Shown: positions 32,369 through 42,709, counted from the stretch's first letter. The stretch is 64,000 nucleotides of DNA from an uncultured Verrucomicrobiae bacterium (GCA_963765205.1 CAVXVB010000009.1:416001-480000), one strand, 5' to 3'. Notes: a model not told the origin generated them from the sequence alone. Made by a program: numbers and translations.

Positions 32369-34299
32369 ATTTTTTTCGGAAGACGCGGCTTATCCTGAAA
32401 TTTCTCGGCCCCGGCTGGGTGGCATTCCGGCTGCGCTACGCGATGGAACGGCGCACCGGCGCGCTCCGGCGGCGCTCGCCTTGCGGAAAATGGGAGGACA
32501 TCCCTTCTGCTGCCTTGCTGCCAGACTGGGTCCAGGCTCTGCGCCTGCCTGCATCAGCAAAAAAATGGGGCGAGCGCTGTGTTACCGAGGCCGACGGCAT
32601 CGCCCTTGGTGAATTTGTGCTCTTTTCGCACCACCAGAAATTTCTCGGCTGCCCGCCGGACTGGCACCACAACCCGTTCACGGGCGAATCCGCGCCCCGC
32701 CACAGGCACTGGTCGACGCTCGGCGATTTTGCTTTCGGCGACATCAAGGCCATCTGGGAGCCGAGCCGTTGTGGCTGGGCGTTTACGCTGGCCCGCGCCC
32801 ACGCCCGCCTCGGCGAAGCGCGCATCGCCGAACTGTTCTGGAAATTATTGGCCGACTGGTGCGCGCGGAATCCTCCGAATGAAGGCGTCAATTGGAAATG
32901 CGGACAAGAGGCGACCTTTCGCCTGCTGGGGGCGACTTTTGCCATCGCTGAATTCGGCCGTCTGCCGAGCGCGACCACGGAGAGAATGCAATTGTGGGCG
33001 CGTTTTGTCACGGCCACCGCTCGGCGTATCAACGCCAATCTCGAATACGCGCTCAGCCAGTCCAACAACCACGGCATCAGCGAATGTGTCGGCTTGATCA
33101 CCGCCAGCCTGCTCTCAGCGGATACCGTCGAAACGCGCTCCTGGCGCGAGCGCGGCCTCGCGCATTTGTTCCGCCAACTCAACGAACTCATTTACGCCGA
33201 TGGCGGTTTTTCGCAACACTCGTTAATCTACCATCGCGTGCTGCTGCACGATTTGCTTTGGCTCATCGCGCTTTTGCGCCGGGCGGGGGAGGTGCCGCCG
33301 GATTGGCTGCTGAACAAATCGCGCGCCGCGCTCCTATTTTTGACCGCCCTAGTGGACGCAAATTCCGGCCGCGGCCCGCTCTTTGGCGCGAACGACGGCG
33401 CGAATGTGCTGCCTTTGGACGAATGCGCCTTTGATGATATGCGTGGAGTGATCCAAGCCGGCTGCGTTTTGCTCGACCGCGTGCGAATTTATCCGCCCGG
33501 CCCGTGGGATGAGGCCGCGTTTTGGCTGGCGGGAACCGATCCGTCGCAATTTCCCCTGCGCGCTCCCGAACAAATTCCTGAGCGCTGGCATGCGCCCAAT
33601 AGCGGTTGTTTCCAATGGCGTTCGGGCGACGTGCGACTCTTTTTCCACTGCCCGACTCATTTTCGCCATCGGCCCAGCCAGGCGGACATGTTGCATGTGG
33701 AAGTGTGGTGGCGCGGGCGGCCGCTGGCGCACGACGCCGGCACTTATTCCAACAATATGCCCCCCCCGCTCGGCGGCGCTTTCGGTCAGGCCGCAGCGCA
33801 CAACGTCCCGATGCTCTTCGGTCGTGAACCACTTGAAAAAGCCAGCCGCTTTCTTTACCTGCCCTGGCCGAACGGCACTGCGCAGTGGTCGGACGCCGAA
33901 AAATGTTTTCACGCCAGCCACGATGGCTATCGCGCGGACGCCACCCTCCAGCGCGCCATCTCCTCTCCTCAAACCGGCGTGTTTCTCGTCTCCGATCAAG
34001 TTACCTTGCGCCAGCCCGGGCGGGTGCGCTTGCACTGGCTGCTGGCCGATTTGGACTGGCAACTTGACGCCGCGGCGCAGACCATCACAACCCAGGTGGA
34101 TGGAAGAAATTTCGTGATTTCCTGGGACAGCCGAATCTCCGCGTTCTCGGCCAGCCTTGTGCGCGCCGATCCGGCCTCGGCGCGCGGTTGGTGGTCGCGC
34201 CACTATCTGGCGGTCGAGCCGGCCGTGTCGTTCGAGCTGCTGTTCGAAGTGACGGATCAACTGGAAGTTGCGACGCGCTTTGCGCCGGGAGGCGCGTGA
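32365..34299 (+). CDS. Heparinase II/III family protein
   Basis: DIKAIWEPSR, NNHGISE, DGGFSQHS..YHR, GANDG, QADMLH, DAGTY, AHN, HDGY. Confidence 0.85.
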   Translation: MNFFRKTRLILKFLGPGWVAFRLRYAMERRTGALRRRSPCGKWEDIPSAALLPDWVQALRLPASAKKWGERCVTEADGIALGEFVLFSHHQKFLGCPPDWHHNPFTGESAPRHRHWSTLGDFAFGDIKAIWEPSRCGWAFTLARAHARLGEARIAELFWKLLADWCARNPPNEGVNWKCGQEATFRLLGATFAIAEFGRLPSATTERMQLWARFVTATARRINANLEYALSQSNNHGISECVGLITASLLSADTVETRSWRERGLAHLFRQLNELIYADGGFSQHSLIYHRVLLHDLLWLIALLRRAGEVPPDWLLNKSRAALLFLTALVDANSGRGPLFGANDGANVLPLDECAFDDMRGVIQAGCVLLDRVRIYPPGPWDEAAFWLAGTDPSQFPLRAPEQIPERWHAPNSGCFQWRSGDVRLFFHCPTHFRHRPSQADMLHVEVWWRGRPLAHDAGTYSNNMPPPLGGAFGQAAAHNVPMLFGREPLEKASRFLYLPWPNGTAQWSDAEKCFHASHDGYRADATLQRAISSPQTGVFLVSDQVTLRQPGRVRLHWLLADLDWQLDAAAQTITTQVDGRNFVISWDSRISAFSASLVRADPASARGWWSRHYLAVEPAVSFELLFEVTDQLEVATRFAPGGA

Positions 34300-34302
34300 T
34301 CC

Positions 34303-35556
34303 ATGCACGTCCTTTATTTTCACCAGTATTTCAACACGCCGCGCGGCGCGGGCGGCATCCGTTCCTACGAATTCGCGCGACGGTTGCTTGCGCGCGGGCA
34401 CCGCGTCACCATGGTCTGTGTGATAGATGATCGGGACCCGCTCGATTTGCCCGGCCCGCCCGGCGCGCCGGTGCGGCGCGGTCTGATTGACGGCATCGAG
34501 GTCATCCAGTTGGGCCTCGCTTACTCCAACCACCAAAGCCTGCCGCAGCGCGCGCGGATTTTCCTGCGTTACGCGGCCCGCGGGATAGGCCTGGCGATGC
34601 GCATGGATTATGACTTGGTTTTTGCGACCAGCACGCCGCTGACGGCGGGGCTGCCCGGAATTTTTGCGCGCGGCCTGCGCCGCAAACCCTTTGTCTTTGA
34701 AGTCCGCGATTTGTGGCCCGAACTACCCAAAGCCATGGGCGTCGTGACGAATCCGGTGGTGCTGGCTGCGCTCAGCGGTTTGGAATGGCTGAGTTATCGC
34801 GCTGCTTCGGCCTGCGTCGGCTTGTCGCCCGGCATCGGCGAAGGCATCGCCCGGCGCAGCCGGAAACGCCTGCCCATCGCGGTCATTCCCAACGCCGCAG
34901 ATTTGGACCTGTTTCAACCGGGCCGGCGCGGGGACTTGCGTCTCCCCGGCGTCGGGCCGAATGATTTTGTGGCTGTATTCACGGGCGCGCATGGCCTCGC
35001 CAACGGCCTTGAGGCAGTGCTTGATGCCGCCGCCGAGTTGCAACGCCGCGGCCGGCGCGGCATCGTGCTGGCCCTGATTGGCGAGGGCAAACTAAAGCCC
35101 AAACTGATGGAGCGCGCGCACCGCGAAGGCCTCGATCAGTGCCGTTTTTTCGCGCCCATGCCCAAACAACAACTTAACGAAATCATTAGTTGCGCCGACG
35201 CGGGCCTGATGATTCTGGCCAACGTGCCGGCATTTTATTACGGCACGTCTCCCAACAAATTTTTCGACTACCTTTCCGCCGGTTTGCCGGTGATCAATAA
35301 TTATCCCGGCTGGCTGGCCGACCTGATTCAAACCCATCGCTGTGGGCTGGCCATCCCGCCTGGCAACCCGGCGGCGTTCGCCGACGCCCTTTGCCAATTG
35401 GCCGACGACCCGGCCCTGCGCCACACCTTCGGCCAAAACGCCCGGCAACTGGCCGAAACCAAATTTTCCCGCGCCCGGATGGCCGACCAATTTGTGGACT
35501 GGATCGAAGCCGTCCAGCAACGCCGCGCACCCGCCGGCTTGCAGCCCTTTGCCTAA
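34303..35556 (+). CDS. GT4 glycosyltransferase (WbuB-like)
   Basis: YFHQYF, ATSTPL, FEVRDLWPE, GAHGLANGL, SPNKFFDY. Confidence 0.9.
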   Translation: MHVLYFHQYFNTPRGAGGIRSYEFARRLLARGHRVTMVCVIDDRDPLDLPGPPGAPVRRGLIDGIEVIQLGLAYSNHQSLPQRARIFLRYAARGIGLAMRMDYDLVFATSTPLTAGLPGIFARGLRRKPFVFEVRDLWPELPKAMGVVTNPVVLAALSGLEWLSYRAASACVGLSPGIGEGIARRSRKRLPIAVIPNAADLDLFQPGRRGDLRLPGVGPNDFVAVFTGAHGLANGLEAVLDAAAELQRRGRRGIVLALIGEGKLKPKLMERAHREGLDQCRFFAPMPKQQLNEIISCADAGLMILANVPAFYYGTSPNKFFDYLSAGLPVINNYPGWLADLIQTHRCGLAIPPGNPAAFADALCQLADDPALRHTFGQNARQLAETKFSRARMADQFVDWIEAVQQRRAPAGLQPFA

Positions 35557-35566
35557 TGGGCACCCC

Positions 35567-36208
35567 ATGAATCTTTATCGCCAGGGCGGCAAGCGTTTGT
35601 TCGACGTGGCGGCTGTGATGCTGGCCGCGCCCCTTTGGTTGCCGCTGGCGCTGATCGTGGCGGTCCTCGTGCGGTGCAAACTCGGCGCGCCGGTTTTCTT
35701 CCGCCAGCAGCGGCCCGGCTGGCGCGGGACGATTTTTGCCATCCACAAATTCCGCACCATGACCGACGCGCGCGACGCCCAGGGAAACCTGCTGCCGGAC
35801 TTGGCGCGCCTCACCCCGTTTGGCCGCTGGCTGCGCCGGACTTCGCTCGACGAGCTGCCCGAACTTTTTAACGTCCTGCGCGGTGACATGAGTCTGGTCG
35901 GCCCCCGTCCGCTTTTGATCCGCTACCTGCCGCGCTATTCGCCCGAGCAGGCCCGCCGCCATGACGCGCGTCCAGGCATCACCGGCCTGGCCCAGGTCAG
36001 AGGCCGCAACGACATCACCTGGGAGGAAAAATTCCGCCTCGATGTTTGGTATGTGGACAACCTGACCTGGTGGCTGGATGTGAACATTTTGTTTCTCACC
36101 ATCGGAAAAGTAATCGCTCGCGAAGGCGTCGTGGAACCCGCCACCGGCCTCCACCAGGAGTTCATGGGCAGCCCGCCGTCCACGCCGCCAGCTGACACCC
36201 AAAAGTAA
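35567..36208 (+). CDS. Undecaprenyl-phosphate sugar phosphotransferase (PglC-like initiating enzyme)
   Basis: KRLFD, KFRTM, SLDELPEL.NVLRGDMSLVGPRP, PGITGLAQV. Confidence 0.92.
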   Translation: MNLYRQGGKRLFDVAAVMLAAPLWLPLALIVAVLVRCKLGAPVFFRQQRPGWRGTIFAIHKFRTMTDARDAQGNLLPDLARLTPFGRWLRRTSLDELPELFNVLRGDMSLVGPRPLLIRYLPRYSPEQARRHDARPGITGLAQVRGRNDITWEEKFRLDVWYVDNLTWWLDVNILFLTIGKVIAREGVVEPATGLHQEFMGSPPSTPPADTQK

Positions 36209-36287
36209 CCTAAATTAGCCGGCAAGTTTTCGGTTCCCCGGCCGATAAGGGGGTTGCCCCTCGGTTGCCCTTCCGACCTCCTTCACC

Positions 36288-37403
36288 ATGTTTTGGGACG
36301 ACATCATTGACGCCACTGACCCCCGCTGGGAGGAAACTTTGCGCCGCTTCCCCCGGTATGACTTCCACCATTTGCCGCGCTATGTCGCGCTGGAGGCCGA
36401 CCGCCGCGATGCCAAGGCCGTGGCCTACGTTCTTCAGTGCGACCAAGGCGCGTTTCTGGTGCCCATGCTGGAATCACCCGTCCCCCTGACTCTGCAACCC
36501 ACCGGCGTTTCGCCGGAGGACGCCCTGGCGCCCTACGGCTATGCGGGACCGCTCATCATCGCCGAGGGCGACGAAAACCAGCGCACCAAATTTGCCGCCC
36601 TGGCCCTTGCCCGCCTGGCGGAATACCTGCGCTGCCGCAACATCTGCGCCCTCCTGCTGCGCTTTCATCCGCTGCTCCCCGTGCCCCTCCAGCCCTTTGC
36701 CGATTTGGGCCACCTCGTGTTGCACGGTGAAACCGTCAATGTGGATCTGCATCAGACCACCGCGCAATTATGGTCCGACACCCGGCGTGACTTTCGCAAC
36801 CCCATCAACCGCATGGAGCGCCAGGGCTTTCGCTTCGAACTCGATCCCGCGGGCCGCCAGCTCGGCGAATTTGTCAAAATCTATCACGAAACAATGCTGC
36901 GCGTCCGCGCCGACCCCAATTACTTTTTTTCCGAGGAATATTTTTACGGGTTGCAGAGCGCGCTCGGCGCCGGTTTCATGCTGGCCCATGTGCGCAATCC
37001 GGCGGGCGAAATTGTTTCCAGCGGCATTTTCACCACCTGTTCACGCATCGTGCAATATCACCTGTCCGGCAACAGCCTGGGTGGCGCGGGCGCGGATGGC
37101 TCCAAATTCCTCCTGCATGGCATCCGCCAATGGGCCCGGGAACAAGGCTTCGATTATTTCCACCTCGGCGGCGGGGTGGGGGCCAAAAACGATTCATTGT
37201 TCATGTTCAAGAGCGGTTTTTCCTCGGGCCGCGCCACCTTTCACACCTGGCGCCTGGTGGTGGATGAACCCGTTTACCAACGTTTGTGCCGCAAGTGGGA
37301 GGCCCAGCACCAAATGCTGGCGGATTCTCCCCGGGGCTATTTTCCCGCGTATCGCAAGATGCTGCCCCCGCCCGTGGTGCAGACCCAACGCCAATGCGCC
37401 TGA
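36288..37403 (+). CDS. GNAT/FemAB-like acyltransferase
   Basis: PYGYAGP, RFHPL, YFFSEEYF, YHLSG, HLGGG...FKSGF, FPAYR. Confidence 0.8.
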   Translation: MFWDDIIDATDPRWEETLRRFPRYDFHHLPRYVALEADRRDAKAVAYVLQCDQGAFLVPMLESPVPLTLQPTGVSPEDALAPYGYAGPLIIAEGDENQRTKFAALALARLAEYLRCRNICALLLRFHPLLPVPLQPFADLGHLVLHGETVNVDLHQTTAQLWSDTRRDFRNPINRMERQGFRFELDPAGRQLGEFVKIYHETMLRVRADPNYFFSEEYFYGLQSALGAGFMLAHVRNPAGEIVSSGIFTTCSRIVQYHLSGNSLGGAGADGSKFLLHGIRQWAREQGFDYFHLGGGVGAKNDSLFMFKSGFSSGRATFHTWRLVVDEPVYQRLCRKWEAQHQMLADSPRGYFPAYRKMLPPPVVQTQRQCA

Positions 37404-37534
37404 AGTATATGTTGAGTGACACTTTTGGGGTCAGAGCTTATGGTGTTAAGAATATGTTAACGCTTGCCTTTCCATAACTGATTTGAGATTATGGCATTTA
37501 AGCGACAATTGTTTCGCCGTTCCGCATTTTTCCG

Positions 37535-38290
37535 ATGCACGAATCCCTCGAAGTGAAAGACGTTCCGCGCCCGCTGGTGATTATCGGCGCCGGCGGCCAC
37601 GGAATGGAAGTGCTCTGGGTCGCCGCCCGGATGTCCCTCGAACCGGTTTTTGGCAGTTGGAACGTCTTGGGTTTCGTGGATGACCGTCCCAGTTTGCGCG
37701 GGCGCTTGGTCGAAGGCCTGCCCGTGCTGGGTTCCGTGCAGGAATTTTTGGCATCCCACCGCGGCCAGCCGCTCTACTTTCATTGCGCCATCGGCAATAA
37801 TGCGCAACGCCAGCGCCTCGCGGAGCTGTTTGAGCGCGAGGGCTTTCAGCCCGCCACCATCATGGATCCCATGACCGTTGTGTCCCCGCGTGCCATCATC
37901 GGCCCGGGCTGCTACATTGCCCCGCGCTGCTACGTCGGGCCGCACGCCCGGCTCGGGCGCTATGTGCTGGTCAACGTCGGCGCGAGCATCGGGCACCATA
38001 GCGTCATGGGGGATTATTCACAGGCTTGCCCCGGCGTGCGGGTCAACGGCCACTGCGTGGTCGAGAAGCTGGCCTTTCTCGGCTCTAACTCCGTGGTGCA
38101 TCCCGGCAAGCACGTTGGTGCAAACGCCACGGTGGCGGCCGGTTCCTTCGTCGTGCGCGACGCCCTGCCCAACACCCTTGTGGTCGGCATTCCGGCCATG
38201 ACCGTGCATCACACGACCGTGTTCGACAGCGAGTCCATTGACGACGAAAGCCCGCCGCCCGCTCCGCTCCCCGCCCATTCCCCGGCCTGA
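37535..38290 (+). CDS. NeuD/PglD-type sugar acetyltransferase (hexapeptide repeat)
   Basis: IIGAGGHG, GFVDD, AIGNN..R, hexapeptide repeats, VVGIPA. Confidence 0.88.
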   Translation: MHESLEVKDVPRPLVIIGAGGHGMEVLWVAARMSLEPVFGSWNVLGFVDDRPSLRGRLVEGLPVLGSVQEFLASHRGQPLYFHCAIGNNAQRQRLAELFEREGFQPATIMDPMTVVSPRAIIGPGCYIAPRCYVGPHARLGRYVLVNVGASIGHHSVMGDYSQACPGVRVNGHCVVEKLAFLGSNSVVHPGKHVGANATVAAGSFVVRDALPNTLVVGIPAMTVHHTTVFDSESIDDESPPPAPLPAHSPA

Positions 38291-38511
38291 TGAGCTCTGA
38301 CGAACAGATCCGCCTCCTGGTGGCGCGGGAACTGAAGGTTCCGCTCGAACTCCTGCAGCCCGACACCGCCCTGCATTCCCTGCCCGGTTTCGATTCCGTG
38401 CAATTGCTGATGCTCATGGTTGCGTTGGAGGAAATCGGCGTCAAAATGCCCGTCGCCGAGGCCGCCAACATGCGCACCTTCGGGGATGTCCTCGCCCTCG
38501 AACGCACTTGA
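38290..38511 (+). CDS. Acyl carrier protein
   Basis: 73 aa acidic protein with GFDSV phosphopantetheine-site motif. Confidence 0.8.
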   Translation: MSSDEQIRLLVARELKVPLELLQPDTALHSLPGFDSVQLLMLMVALEEIGVKMPVAEAANMRTFGDVLALERT

Positions 38512-39620
38512 ACTCCGCCCCGCCTTGGCCCCGGCCCATGCCGCGCGCCGCCCTCACCGCCCTCCACCATTGTCTGCCCGTCCGGCGTTTGACCGAGGCG
38601 GAGCTGGAGGCGCGCTTTGGCGCAAAAAACATCCAGTCCATCGCCAAACTCTCCGGCATTCGCGAGCGGCGCGTTGTCGAGCCGGGCATGACGGCGGCGG
38701 ATTTGGCTTGGGCGGCGGCGGACCGCCTGCTGTCTGCTCGCGGGACGTCGCGCAAGACGATTGACCTGCTCATCGTCACGACGCAGACCGGCGATTATCA
38801 AATTCCCGGCACCGCGTATATTTTGCATGAACGCCTCGGCTTGTCGAAGAACTGCGCCGCCTACGACCTTAACCAGGGTTGCGCGGCCTATCCCTATGCG
38901 CTCGCGCTCGCGAATGGTTTATTCGCTACCGGTGTGGCGCAGCGGGCCCTGATCCTCAACACCGACGCTCTCTCCGGCGTAATTCATCCGCTGGACCGCA
39001 CGCTCGTCACCCTCCATGGCGACGGTGCGGTGGCGTCCTTGCTGGAGCCGACCATGGGTGACGAAGGACTCCTCGGCTTTCATTTCGGCACGGACAGCTC
39101 CGGCTGGCGCTACCTGTGCATGCCCGCCTCCGGTGCGCGCCAGCCCCGCGGCGAAAACACCCGCCGCGAAATCGCCGACGACACGGGTTGCGTGCGCACC
39201 GCCGAACATTTCCAGATGAACGGCCAGGCGATTTTCCATTTCGCCATCCACCAGGTGCCCGTTGTCGTGCGAGAGGCGCTCGCCAAATTCGGCGTGACCG
39301 TGGCGGATTTGGACCTCGTCATCCTGCATCAAGCCAACCGCTTCATGATCGAGCAAATCTACAAACAGCTCGGCGTGCCGCCGGAAAAACAATTTTATTA
39401 CCTCGAAAACGTCGGCAACCTCAGCGGCGCGGCCACGCCCGCCGCGCTCTCCGAAGCTGCGCGGCAGGGCCAAGTAAAGCCCGGCACGCTCATCCTGCTC
39501 GCCTCGTTCGGCGTCGGATTGTCGTGGGGTGTGGCGCTTGTGCGTATTGGCGCGGGCGGCCTCGCGCCCATCGCAGCCTCGACGGACCTGACCCTCGCCG
39601 ATTTGCCCGCCTCGCCATGA
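38508..39620 (+). CDS. FabH-like ketoacyl-ACP synthase III
   Basis: SGIRERR, catalytic Cys (NQGCAAY), GDGA, HQAN, VGN, FGVGLSWG. Confidence 0.9.
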   Translation: MNSAPPWPRPMPRAALTALHHCLPVRRLTEAELEARFGAKNIQSIAKLSGIRERRVVEPGMTAADLAWAAADRLLSARGTSRKTIDLLIVTTQTGDYQIPGTAYILHERLGLSKNCAAYDLNQGCAAYPYALALANGLFATGVAQRALILNTDALSGVIHPLDRTLVTLHGDGAVASLLEPTMGDEGLLGFHFGTDSSGWRYLCMPASGARQPRGENTRREIADDTGCVRTAEHFQMNGQAIFHFAIHQVPVVVREALAKFGVTVADLDLVILHQANRFMIEQIYKQLGVPPEKQFYYLENVGNLSGAATPAALSEAARQGQVKPGTLILLASFGVGLSWGVALVRIGAGGLAPIAASTDLTLADLPASP

Positions 39621-39847
39621 CCCGGCAAGAAAAACTCGGCCGCCTCCAGGAAATTTTCCGCGACGTGCTGGATCAGCCCGCGCTGCGGATTACCGAGGAT
39701 TTTGCCACCACCGATTGCCCGGAGTGGGACTCGGTGGCCACGGTGCAAATCGTCCTCGCCGCCGAGGCTGCTTTTAATGTGCGCGTGCCAGTGGAAACCG
39801 TCGCCCATCTGCGCAGCGTGCGCGAACTGCTCAATTTGTTGCCATGA
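39617..39847 (+). CDS. Acyl carrier protein
   Basis: LQEIFRDVL...EWDSV..IV..E..F; 76 aa. Confidence 0.82.
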   Translation: MTRQEKLGRLQEIFRDVLDQPALRITEDFATTDCPEWDSVATVQIVLAAEAAFNVRVPVETVAHLRSVRELLNLLP

Positions 39848-41670
39848 GCGATCCCGCCGGCCAGCGTTTTTTTGCCGACGCCCTCGCGCGCGCGCGCGCG
39901 CGACGCGCGGACGGCGACCTGCCCGCCGCCTGGCGCGAGTTGCGCGCCGGGCTGGATGCTCCCGCCGATTATTCCACCTCGGTCGCGGCGGCCAAATTTT
40001 TGGAAAACACCGCGCCGGACGCGCCGCCGCCGGGCTGGCCGGTGCGCCGGGTTGCGCTCATCGGGGCCGACACCCTGGCATTTTTGCGTCCCATCATCCG
40101 TGCGCTGGCGTTTCGCGACGGCTGGTGGCCGGTATTCCATGAAGCCCCGTTCGGCGTCTGGCGGCAGGAGATTTTGGAGCCGCACTCGGCCTTGCGCCAA
40201 TTTCAGCCTGAGGTCACACTTGTTTTACGCGGTTGGCGCGCGGTCGGGCAGGGGAGGGTGGAGCTTGACCGGCTCTTCGAGGAGGAATTGAGCCTCGCGC
40301 GTAGCGCGACCGAGGGTTTGGGCATGGTGCTCTGGCCGGCATACGATTTGCCTGCCGCGGATGCCGAATTGCGCGCGGCCTTGACTGAGGTGAATTCGCG
40401 CCTGCGCGCGGCGCTGCCGCCGGAAATTATGTGGGCCGATCTAGCCGATGCACAAGCTGCCGTCGGCGAGAACTGGACGGACGAGCGCTTGTGGGAGGCC
40501 GTGTGTCAGCATCCTTCGCCTGTCGGCAGTGTGGCCATCGTGGAATTGTGGCTGGCGTTGCTCCGCGCGCGCTGGGGCCAAACCCGCAAGGTGCTGGTCA
40601 CGGACTTGGACAACATCCTGTGGGGTGGCGTCGTCGGCGAAGATGGCGTCGAAGGCCTGCGCGTCGGCCCCGGTTCACCAGCAGGCGAGGCCCATGCTTC
40701 TTACCAGCGGTATCTCCTCGAATTGAAGGAGCGCGGCGTGCTGCTGGCCGTCGTTTCCAAAAACAACGAGGCGGACGCGCGCGAGGTTTTCGCGCAGCTT
40801 GTAATGCCCCTGCGTCGCGAGGACTTCACCGGCTGGCTGGTCAATTGGTGTGACAAGGCCGAAAATTTGCGTGCCCTCGCGGCCTCGCTGCAATTGGGCC
40901 TCGACAGTTTTGTCTTTGTGGACGACCAGCCCGCGGAACGCGCCCGCGTGCGCTCGGCTCTGCCGGAAGTTGCCGTGCCCGAACTGCCCGCCGACCCGGC
41001 GGAGTTTGTCTCCTGTTTGCGCGCGCGGCGTTTTTTTGACGCGCCGGTCATTTCCGCCGAAGACCGCGGGCGCGCCGCCGCCTACCGCGCCAACGACCAG
41101 CGCGCGGAACTGCGCGCCGGCGCGGCCTCGCTCGAGGATTTTTTGCGCGGTCTCGACATGGTGGCCGAGTCCGGCCCCTTTTCCGACACAACGCTCGACC
41201 GCGTCGAGCAACTGCTCGCCCGCACCAACCAGTGGAACCTCACCACCCGCCGCCATTCCCGTGCCGAGATCACGGCCCTCCTCGCGCGACCCGGCGCGCT
41301 CGCCCGCTGGTTCCGCCTAGGCGACCGTTTTGGCGACCACGGCCTCGTCGGCCTCTGGCTGACGTTGCCGCGCGGCGACGGCGAATGGGAAATTGACAGT
41401 TGGGTGATGAGCTGCCGCGTCATCGGGCGCGGCCTGGAAGATCTGATGTTCAACGAACTCGCCGCCGCCGCGCGTGCCGTCGGCGCACTCCGCCTGCGCG
41501 GCGTTTACCGCCCCACGGCGAAAAACAGCTTGGTCGCCAAGTTATTCCCGGATTTAGGTTTTGCCGCCGAAGCCGAAACTCAAGCCAGCGAACAAATCTA
41601 TACGCTCGAATTGACTAGGGCGTCAGAGCGCCCGCACTTCATTCGTGCTGGTATCGGCGGTGCGCACTGA
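39844..41670 (+). CDS. FkbH-like HAD-IIIC glyceryl-ACP synthase
   Basis: DLDNILWGGVVGEDG, SKNN, FVDD, RTNQWNLT, DRFGDHG, MSCRV. Confidence 0.9.
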   Translation: MSDPAGQRFFADALARARARRADGDLPAAWRELRAGLDAPADYSTSVAAAKFLENTAPDAPPPGWPVRRVALIGADTLAFLRPIIRALAFRDGWWPVFHEAPFGVWRQEILEPHSALRQFQPEVTLVLRGWRAVGQGRVELDRLFEEELSLARSATEGLGMVLWPAYDLPAADAELRAALTEVNSRLRAALPPEIMWADLADAQAAVGENWTDERLWEAVCQHPSPVGSVAIVELWLALLRARWGQTRKVLVTDLDNILWGGVVGEDGVEGLRVGPGSPAGEAHASYQRYLLELKERGVLLAVVSKNNEADAREVFAQLVMPLRREDFTGWLVNWCDKAENLRALAASLQLGLDSFVFVDDQPAERARVRSALPEVAVPELPADPAEFVSCLRARRFFDAPVISAEDRGRAAAYRANDQRAELRAGAASLEDFLRGLDMVAESGPFSDTTLDRVEQLLARTNQWNLTTRRHSRAEITALLARPGALARWFRLGDRFGDHGLVGLWLTLPRGDGEWEIDSWVMSCRVIGRGLEDLMFNELAAAARAVGALRLRGVYRPTAKNSLVAKLFPDLGFAAEAETQASEQIYTLELTRASERPHFIRAGIGGAH

Positions 41671-42409
41671 GGAATCCGCCGTCGGCGGCAATTTGGAATA
41701 AATATCGAAGGTGCGGCTGAGGCTGTCCATCAATTGCGTGAAGTCGGGGTTGGTCCGACAGGTCTTCGAAGGCCACATTCGACGACAGACGAATGACGAG
41801 TTGTTCCTTGCGCTGGTCGAGGCCGAAATGTTGGAAATCCTCGACCAGAATGGGCAATCGCTCGATGCGCCCGGTGAGGCCATTATTCCACCCGGACATA
41901 TCGTAATGCATGGGCACGCCGCCAACCAGATGCCAGAAAATCACATGAACCTTCTCACCGTCTTTTTCAAAAGTGCCCGTTTCCATCGGCTTTAGCGTGC
42001 CACCAGCCATCGGTTGGGCCTCGACATGGTCGCGCAAGACCGTCTCCCAGCCATTATGCACCCAGCAAGTGTCGGGCGAGTGGGCGCCCACCTTGGCGGG
42101 GCTGACTTTGCCCGGCAGCCAATGCGCGATATACACGCCGACATTCGCCCGCCCATTGGCGTAAATGCGGTAAATGGCATCGTCGAAATGCAGGACGGCC
42201 TCGGCTTGCTCCTGCTCTTCGGGCGTGTCGGCAATCGGCAAGTCCTTGGTCTGCCAGCCCGCCGGCGCGGCCGGCAGCAGATTTTGCAAGGGCTGGTCAA
42301 TCTTCGGTTTTGGCGCGGGCTTGAGCGTGATATACAAGTTCAACCCCAGCAACGCGACCACGATCACGGCACCAAAGCTCAACATTACACGCATCCAACG
42401 GGGAGACAT
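41623..42409 (-). CDS. Exosortase-associated EpsI-family protein; probable frameshift near 41757
   Basis: N-terminal TM, LHFDD..RIY, YIAHW.PG, HSPDTCW..GW, FWH; alternative frame TNPDFTQLMDSL ends at 41623. Confidence 0.72.
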
Positions 42410-42426
42410 GGCAGCAGCATATCGGA

Positions 42427-42606
42427 AGAAGCAAGAAATTAGAAGCTAGAAGTTGGAAGGTGGAAGACAGACGATGGCTCCTAAGCCGAACACGAGCCAA
42501 CGCTCAACGCTCAAGTCAGGAGGCAACCAAATCCTCCGCCTCGTCATCACTTGGTGGGGTTCTCTTATTTGAGCGTTAAACGTTAAGCGTTAAAAGTTGA
42601 GCGTTT
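42427..42606. repeat. Intergenic heptamer repeats: (RGAAGNN)-like x6 at 42427-42468, and AACGCTC units at 42499-42514 inverted against GAGCGTT-like units at 42569-42606
   Basis: Read directly: AGAAGCA AGAAATT AGAAGCT AGAAGTT GGAAGGT GGAAGAC; AACGCTCAACGCTCAA ... TTGAGCGTTAAACGTTAAGCGTTAAAAGTTGAGCGTT. Confidence 0.75.
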
Positions 42607-42709
42607 TTACGCGCCTGCCTCGGCTAAAAATACTTATGGAAGGAGGACGGCAGACACCCCTTTCCGATTGCCGCGCTCGTGTTTTCAATTAGACTGATCC
42701 ATCCCTTTC

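Noticed and set aside
37463..37492. Sigma70-like promoter TTGCCT-N17-GATTAT upstream of the acyl module
   Set aside because: Plausible in an AT-rich gap but too weak a consensus match to call.
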